DNA from: an uncultured Spirochaetota bacterium
Lineage (GTDB): Bacteria > Spirochaetota > Spirochaetia > SZUA-6 > Fen-1364
Direction of reading: 5' to 3'
Assembly (NCBI GenBank): GCA_963820525.1
Contig: CAWGAA010000001.1
Location: forward strand, 256,001-320,000
Length of the DNA: 64,000 nt
A program made the translations under genes and the position numbers. Every line of letters starts with the position of its first letter. Position 1 is the stretch's first letter. Positions 59,234 to 64,000 of the stretch are shown one piece after another. The notes under the pieces were generated by a model. That model saw nothing but the letters and a program-made list of their open reading frames with translations. It was not told the origin of the DNA and searched no databases.

Positions 59234-60033
59234 GTCTGGGAACCGGAAACTGTTTCCCCCGTGAGCATCACATCCCCGTTTCCCATTTGAAGGCCGCGCG
59301 TTGCCCTGACGGATCCCACCGTCAGCCTTCCCGAAACCGTGGACAGGTCGTAGCGAAGCCCGTCGAGGGCGTTCACCAGATCCATCCTGATCTCCCCCGA
59401 GACCGTCTTGAAGTACGAGCTCGCCGTGAGCAGCACCCGGTGGCCGCTGATGGACCCGGAGATGCTCGCCGCCCGGATCTTTCCCTCGACGTCGTTCATC
59501 TCGATGGGGCCCGACACGGTTGAGAGGTCCGCATCCCCGCGGATTCTCCGTGCTTCGAGGCTGCCGGAGACGCTGCCTGCGGTTACCGCCGCTTCGATGT
59601 CGCGAATGATGAGGCGGCCGGAGGCCGATCTGGCCTTGAGCTCGTCTGCCGACAACCCCGTGATGCGGATGTCGCCGGATGCGGAATCCACCGTGACAAG
59701 GGTATCCCTCGGGACGCTGAAAAAGAGAGTGCCGCTGCCGTGGGAAAAGAGGCCCTCCCGCTCCACCCAGACGCGAACGCCCGAGCCGTTTACCTCGTGC
59801 TTCACCGTGAAGCTGCGCGATTCGAAAAAGGAATCTTCGGGCAGGTCTGCTCGCATGGAAACGGAGCTTCCCTCTCCCCCCCTGATCTCGACATTGAGGA
59901 ACTCCGCCCGGATTTCCAGGCGGTCGATCCCCGGATAGGAGAACGAATCATCTTCGCGGGCCCCCGAGGCCGAGGCAATGGCGGTGCCCAGCGACAAGAG
60001 CGATACCAGGGCGAACAGAAACGATTTCTTCAC
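59224..60033 (-). CDS. DUF4097-like beta-strand repeat exported protein
   Basis: Signal peptide ending ASGARED; repeated S(A/V)SG(D/S/R/P) and TVSG units. Confidence 0.8.
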   Translation of the reverse strand: MKKSFLFALVSLLSLGTAIASASGAREDDSFSYPGIDRLEIRAEFLNVEIRGGEGSSVSMRADLPEDSFFESRSFTVKHEVNGSGVRVWVEREGLFSHGSGTLFFSVPRDTLVTVDSASGDIRITGLSADELKARSASGRLIIRDIEAAVTAGSVSGSLEARRIRGDADLSTVSGPIEMNDVEGKIRAASISGSISGHRVLLTASSYFKTVSGEIRMDLVNALDGLRYDLSTVSGRLTVGSVRATRGLQMGNGDVMLTGETVSGSQTYR

Positions 60034-60105
60034 GTGCGGCTCCTTGAAAAGCTTCTGACAAGTATAACACCGCGGGCAGGATAAGGGGACCCTTCCCTCG
60101 CGCGT

Positions 60106-60134
60106 TTGCCCCCAGCGCAGTTCCTTCGTATTAT
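60106..60134 (+). promoter_or_regulatory. Putative sigma70 promoter for the HtrA-like gene, leaderless geometry
   Basis: TTGCCC, 17 bp, TATTAT, 6 nt, ATG 60141. Confidence 0.6.
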
Positions 60135-60140
60135 CGTGCC

Positions 60141-61136
60141 ATGAAAAGCGAAGCCCCGGCCGCGGAGGACCTTGAGCTCCTCGACGCCTACTCGCAAGCG
60201 GTTATCCAGGGCGCCGCCACGGTGAGCCCGGCGGTCGTCCATATCGAAGTTTCGGGCAAATCCCAGCGCAGGGCATTTGCCGGCCTGCCTGACGAGCGGC
60301 ACGGCACCGGCTCGGGATTCATCTTCACCCCGGACGGGTTCATCCTCACGAACAGCCATGTGGTGCATGGGGCGGGGAGGATCGACGTGAGCCTTCCCGA
60401 CGGCCGGCGCTTCTCCGCGGATCCGGTGGGCGAAGACCCCGATACCGATCTCGCGGTGATCCGCGTCTCCGAATCGGGCCTCCCGGCAGCTTCGCTGGGA
60501 GAATCAACCTCGCTTCGCGTCGGTCAGCTCGTGATCGCAATCGGAAACCCCTTCGGCTTCCAGTACACGGTCACGGCGGGAGTGGTAAGCGCATTGGGGC
60601 GTTCTCTTCGTTCCCAGTCGGGACGGCTGATCGACAACGTGATCCAGACCGACGCAGCCCTCAACCCGGGAAACTCGGGCGGACCGCTCGTCACCTTCCG
60701 CGGCGAGGTGATCGGAGTGAACACCGCAATCATCCTTCCCGCGCAGGGACTCTGCTTCGCGATCCCGATCAATACGGCGCAGTACGTCGTCCCCCGCCTG
60801 ATCAGGGACGGCAGGATCCGCCGGGGATACCTCGGCATCGGCGGCCAGAATGTGCCTCTCCCTCCCCACGCCGTCCACGTCCTCGGCTTGAAGGCGGACA
60901 GCGGCGTGTTTGTCATTTCCGTGGAGCCCGCAAGCCCCGCCGAAAAGGCGGGGATGCGCGAAAAGGACGTCATAGTCGAAATGGACGGCAATCCCATCGC
61001 GTCCATCGACGATCTTCACAAGCTCCTCACGACGGAGAAGATAGGCGCTCCCACCAGCGTGACGGTGATCAGGCGCTCAGAGAGGCTGACCCTCTCTGCC
61101 GTACCTATCGAGTCCGGAAGCCTCACAACCGACTAG
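60141..61136 (+). CDS. HtrA/DegP-family serine protease (trypsin plus one PDZ), no signal peptide
   Basis: [21 protein letters not shown] catalytic triad; C-terminal PDZ. Confidence 0.92.
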   Translation: MKSEAPAAEDLELLDAYSQAVIQGAATVSPAVVHIEVSGKSQRRAFAGLPDERHGTGSGFIFTPDGFILTNSHVVHGAGRIDVSLPDGRRFSADPVGEDPDTDLAVIRVSESGLPAASLGESTSLRVGQLVIAIGNPFGFQYTVTAGVVSALGRSLRSQSGRLIDNVIQTDAALNPGNSGGPLVTFRGEVIGVNTAIILPAQGLCFAIPINTAQYVVPRLIRDGRIRRGYLGIGGQNVPLPPHAVHVLGLKADSGVFVISVEPASPAEKAGMREKDVIVEMDGNPIASIDDLHKLLTTEKIGAPTSVTVIRRSERLTLSAVPIESGSLTTD

Positions 61137-62941
61137 AGCAGGCCGCGAGCGGAGCCGATGAATCGGGCGAACTCCTCGCTGAAGGGCACCAGCTTCTCAC
61201 CTTCCCTGCGGAGATAGCCCTTCTTTTCCAGGCCCGCGCACGCGGCAAGCGAGCGGCCGGCTTCTCCAGAGCTTGCGCATTGACGGAAAGCTTCCCGCTC
61301 TTCTTCCGATGCGCTTTCGAGGATGAACTCGAAGTGCGGGCGAGTTTCCTCCCGAAAGATTTCGAGCACTTCCTGCGGCGTCGGCTTTCCCTTGTAGTCC
61401 TCTGCCCGTTTCTCCTCGGACTCGAGGTGCTCGAACCATGCGCTGCACGCCATCTGAAGGAAAAAGGGATACAGCCCGCCCATCGCGATGATCGTTTCGG
61501 CGAGCGGGGCAAGCGCGAGCCCTCGCGCCTGGGAAGGGGCTGCTATGAGCGCCTCGGCATCCTCCCTCTGAAACGGCCCGACATGATGAACCGAGAAGAT
61601 GTTGAAGAAAGGGGAGTCCGAGATCTCATGGCTGACGCACATGTCCTTGAGATCCCGGCCGGAGGCCGTGATGAAGCAGACGGACAGGCTGTTTGCAAGC
61701 GAGCGGAGGAAGGAGTAGAACTCCGGCCCGATCCGTTCGTTCTTGGTGACGCACTCGAACTCGTCGAAGAGAAAGACAAGCCGAAATCCGGCGTCGCAGG
61801 CCGCTTCGACGAACATGCGCATTCCCTGATCGTCGGAGGGAAGATCCATTTCGATCATTCCCCCGTGCTTCCTCTGCACTTCGGAAAAGACGAGCTGGAA
61901 GAACTGCCCCGAGTCCAGGGCCCGGGTCTGCTGGAAATCCACGTAGATGGGGAGATACGCGTCCGGATCTTCCAGGTAATCCAGCCGAGCCGCCGGGGAG
62001 CGCAGGTAATTGAGCAGGGAGGATTTCCCGATCCTCCTCTCCCCCACGAGCGAGACGGATTGCGGTTTCTGCGCCGAAAGGCGGCTCATGACGCGGCGCA
62101 CGAGGGCCCGGCGGCCGAAAAACATTTCGGGGTGGGGAATCATGACCCTGTTGAGATAGGGATTGCCCCGGACGGGAAGCGGAGGCAGGGACGCCCGCTC
62201 GCCGCGCGTGTCGAGTCTTCCCCGAACCCTGATGCGAGGCCTGCCTGCCGCAGGCGCTGTTGGCCGCTCTGTGGCCCCGGCATCGCGGGCAGGCGCGTCG
62301 GGGGCGGCGCCTCCCTTGCGCGCTCTCCAGGACCGCGCGATCTGTTCTTCCGGCACGCCGCGCCAGTTCGCGAGGTAGATCTCGACCCGTTCCTTCTTTC
62401 CCTTGACCTCCTCGCTTCCGAGCAGTACCAGGGGAACCCCGGCGGCTTCAGTCTTCTCTTTGACGGCTCCCGAGACGAGTATCTCTTCACCATCGGCAAG
62501 GGACTCGACCCGGGCCGCCGTGTTTACCACGTCGCCGAAGAGATCCTTTTCTTCCACCACCGCCAGCCCGTAGTGAAGGCCCATGCGCACCCGCAAAGCG
62601 TATGCGGAGGATGCCGTGGCGTTATGCTTCTGGATTGCCTTCTGGAGATCTACCGTGCAATTCAGCGCGCGCAGGGGATCGTCGAAGCTCGCCATGATCG
62701 AGTCGCCGATGGTCTTGATGATCCTGCCGCCGAAAGACTCGATTATCGGAAAGAGCAGATCGTTGTGCGTCTGCACCATCTGCCTTCCCGCGATGTCTCC
62801 CATGCGCTCGAAAAAGCCCGTGGAGCCGACGATATCCGTGAAAAGGAGAGTCACTGCCCTGGTGTGATCGGCGACGATGAGCCTGTCGATTTCCTCCAGG
62901 AGCTCTTTCCTTTTTCGCAAAAGCTCTTCGATCGTCTCCAT
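61133..62941 (-). CDS. Class III adenylate/guanylate cyclase fused to a STAND-like P-loop NTPase
   Basis: [49 protein letters not shown]. Start METIEE at 62941, 1 bp after the upstream stop. Confidence 0.88.
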   Translation of the reverse strand: METIEELLRKRKELLEEIDRLIVADHTRAVTLLFTDIVGSTGFFERMGDIAGRQMVQTHNDLLFPIIESFGGRIIKTIGDSIMASFDDPLRALNCTVDLQKAIQKHNATASSAYALRVRMGLHYGLAVVEEKDLFGDVVNTAARVESLADGEEILVSGAVKEKTEAAGVPLVLLGSEEVKGKKERVEIYLANWRGVPEEQIARSWRARKGGAAPDAPARDAGATERPTAPAAGRPRIRVRGRLDTRGERASLPPLPVRGNPYLNRVMIPHPEMFFGRRALVRRVMSRLSAQKPQSVSLVGERRIGKSSLLNYLRSPAARLDYLEDPDAYLPIYVDFQQTRALDSGQFFQLVFSEVQRKHGGMIEMDLPSDDQGMRMFVEAACDAGFRLVFLFDEFECVTKNERIGPEFYSFLRSLANSLSVCFITASGRDLKDMCVSHEISDSPFFNIFSVHHVGPFQREDAEALIAAPSQARGLALAPLAETIIAMGGLYPFFLQMACSAWFEHLESEEKRAEDYKGKPTPQEVLEIFREETRPHFEFILESASEEEREAFRQCASSGEAGRSLAACAGLEKKGYLRREGEKLVPFSEEFARFIGSARGLL

Positions 62942-62942
62942 C

Positions 62943-63935
62943 TCATTCGATGCCTGAAAGCATTCCCTCGGTGAGCCCTGTGCGCAGAAAAGCAAGGAAC
63001 GCGGGGCTGAAGCACGCTACCTCGCCATCATGCTCCACGAGGAATCCCTGCTTGATGAGGGAACTCACATGATGGAGCTCGGATTGCCCGATTGCCTTGC
63101 CCCGGCTGACCGCCTGAAGGGGCTTGAAAGCCTCCTTCGGCAGAAGGGACACGATCTGGTGGAAGTACGGCGCCGCCGCGGGAAGAAGGACCCGCTGGAA
63201 GCCCGCATCATCGAGGGCCTCGGGATGAGCTTCCGTTGAAAACTGCGATGCAACCAGCTTTACGAGGTAGGGGGAGCTTCCGCACCATGCAACCACCTTT
63301 TGCGAGAGCGCCTCATCGACTCCGGTGAGCTTTACGAAAAGAGCCTCCGCCTCCTCGCGAGCGAGCATGCCAATCGCCAGGTTCGTGAAAATGTTGAAGA
63401 ACGGCGATTCCTGGACATCCTTTACCGCACAGAGCCTCTGGAGCTCCACGAAAGAGGTCGTCACATAGGCGAGATTGTAGTTGTTTGCCATGGAGCGGAG
63501 AAACGAGAAGAACTCCAGGGGGAAAAGCTTATTCTGAGTGATGTAATGGAAGTCGTCGAGGAGAATGACAACGCGCTTTCCCGCGGCGTGGAGTCCGTCA
63601 ATTGTTTTTTTCACCCTCTCGTAGGGATTTCCGCCCCCGGCCGGCATGGGGAGGAGCCCCTCGAGGCCCGCTAAAAAGGAGTCGGGATCGCGCGACATCG
63701 CGCCGCCGGAGCATACGGGGACGAAAACGAAACGCCCCATGTCCTCCAGGAATCGCTCCTTCACGCTTTCAGCCGAGATGTACGCCAGAAGCGACGTCTT
63801 TCCGCTCTTCTTCCCCCCGATGACCGCGACGGATTGCGGTCTTTCAGCCCCGATTCGTGAGAATATCCGGCGGACCAATCCCGCGTGACCGAAGAAGTCG
63901 GAAGGGTCCGTCACCGGCGCTTCCGGATCCAGCAT
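62943..63935 (-). CDS. Stand-alone STAND-like P-loop NTPase, paralogous to the downstream NTPase domain
   Basis: FFGH, GGKKSGKT, LLDDFH, SPFFNIF, GSSP. Confidence 0.82.
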   Translation of the reverse strand: MLDPEAPVTDPSDFFGHAGLVRRIFSRIGAERPQSVAVIGGKKSGKTSLLAYISAESVKERFLEDMGRFVFVPVCSGGAMSRDPDSFLAGLEGLLPMPAGGGNPYERVKKTIDGLHAAGKRVVILLDDFHYITQNKLFPLEFFSFLRSMANNYNLAYVTTSFVELQRLCAVKDVQESPFFNIFTNLAIGMLAREEAEALFVKLTGVDEALSQKVVAWCGSSPYLVKLVASQFSTEAHPEALDDAGFQRVLLPAAAPYFHQIVSLLPKEAFKPLQAVSRGKAIGQSELHHVSSLIKQGFLVEHDGEVACFSPAFLAFLRTGLTEGMLSGIE

Positions 63936-63947
63936 CTTTCTTCCCTT

Positions 63948-64000
63948 TCAAAACGCGTAGAACGCATAGATCGTGACGTTGGCAAACACGACCTGCAAGA
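63948..64000 (-). CDS. 3' end of an upstream gene with a hydrophobic C-terminus (partial)
   Basis: Minus strand reads ...LQVVFANVTIYAFYAF-stop, 12 bp before the NTPase start. Confidence 0.45.
   Translation of the reverse strand, partial: LQVVFANVTIYAFYAF

Noticed and set aside
61133..62941. Pycsar or CBASS cyclase
   Set aside because: Residues fit an ATP-specific class III cyclase, there is no CD-NTase motif, and no cyclic-nucleotide-binding effector gene is visible in the window.

Overview
GC-rich chromosomal segment of a spirochaete-like bacterium (class Spirochaetia, inferred from the long TPR-fused GreA, tamB-bamA-skp-mutS synteny, hemW-lepB-lepB / FGE-domain-smpB synteny and the tmRNA tag). 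About 1-49.6 kb is mostly core genome: rpe, TPR-greA-vWA, murJ/tgt/lptFG, the rimP-nusA-infB-rbfA-truB-ribF-rpsO-pnp operon, comF, mutS, tamB-bamA-skp, tmk, yebC-ruvCAB-queA, hemW, two signal peptidases, smpB and tmRNA. The region after the tmRNA is more accessory. It carries a membrane-anchored protein-L-isoaspartate methyltransferase coupled to a polytopic spermidine-synthase-like membrane protein, a metacaspase, gmd-fcl, rsmI, argH, a signal-less HtrA, and a class III adenylate cyclase-STAND NTPase fusion paired with a stand-alone paralogous NTPase. The main non-coding signals are a two-copy structured palindromic element with covarying stems, several apparently leaderless sigma70 promoters, a symmetric bidirectional promoter, and two single-base frameshifts (lptF, lepB) that are probably sequencing errors. 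No CRISPR array, integrase or transposase was seen. All calls come from reading motifs by eye; no searches were run.
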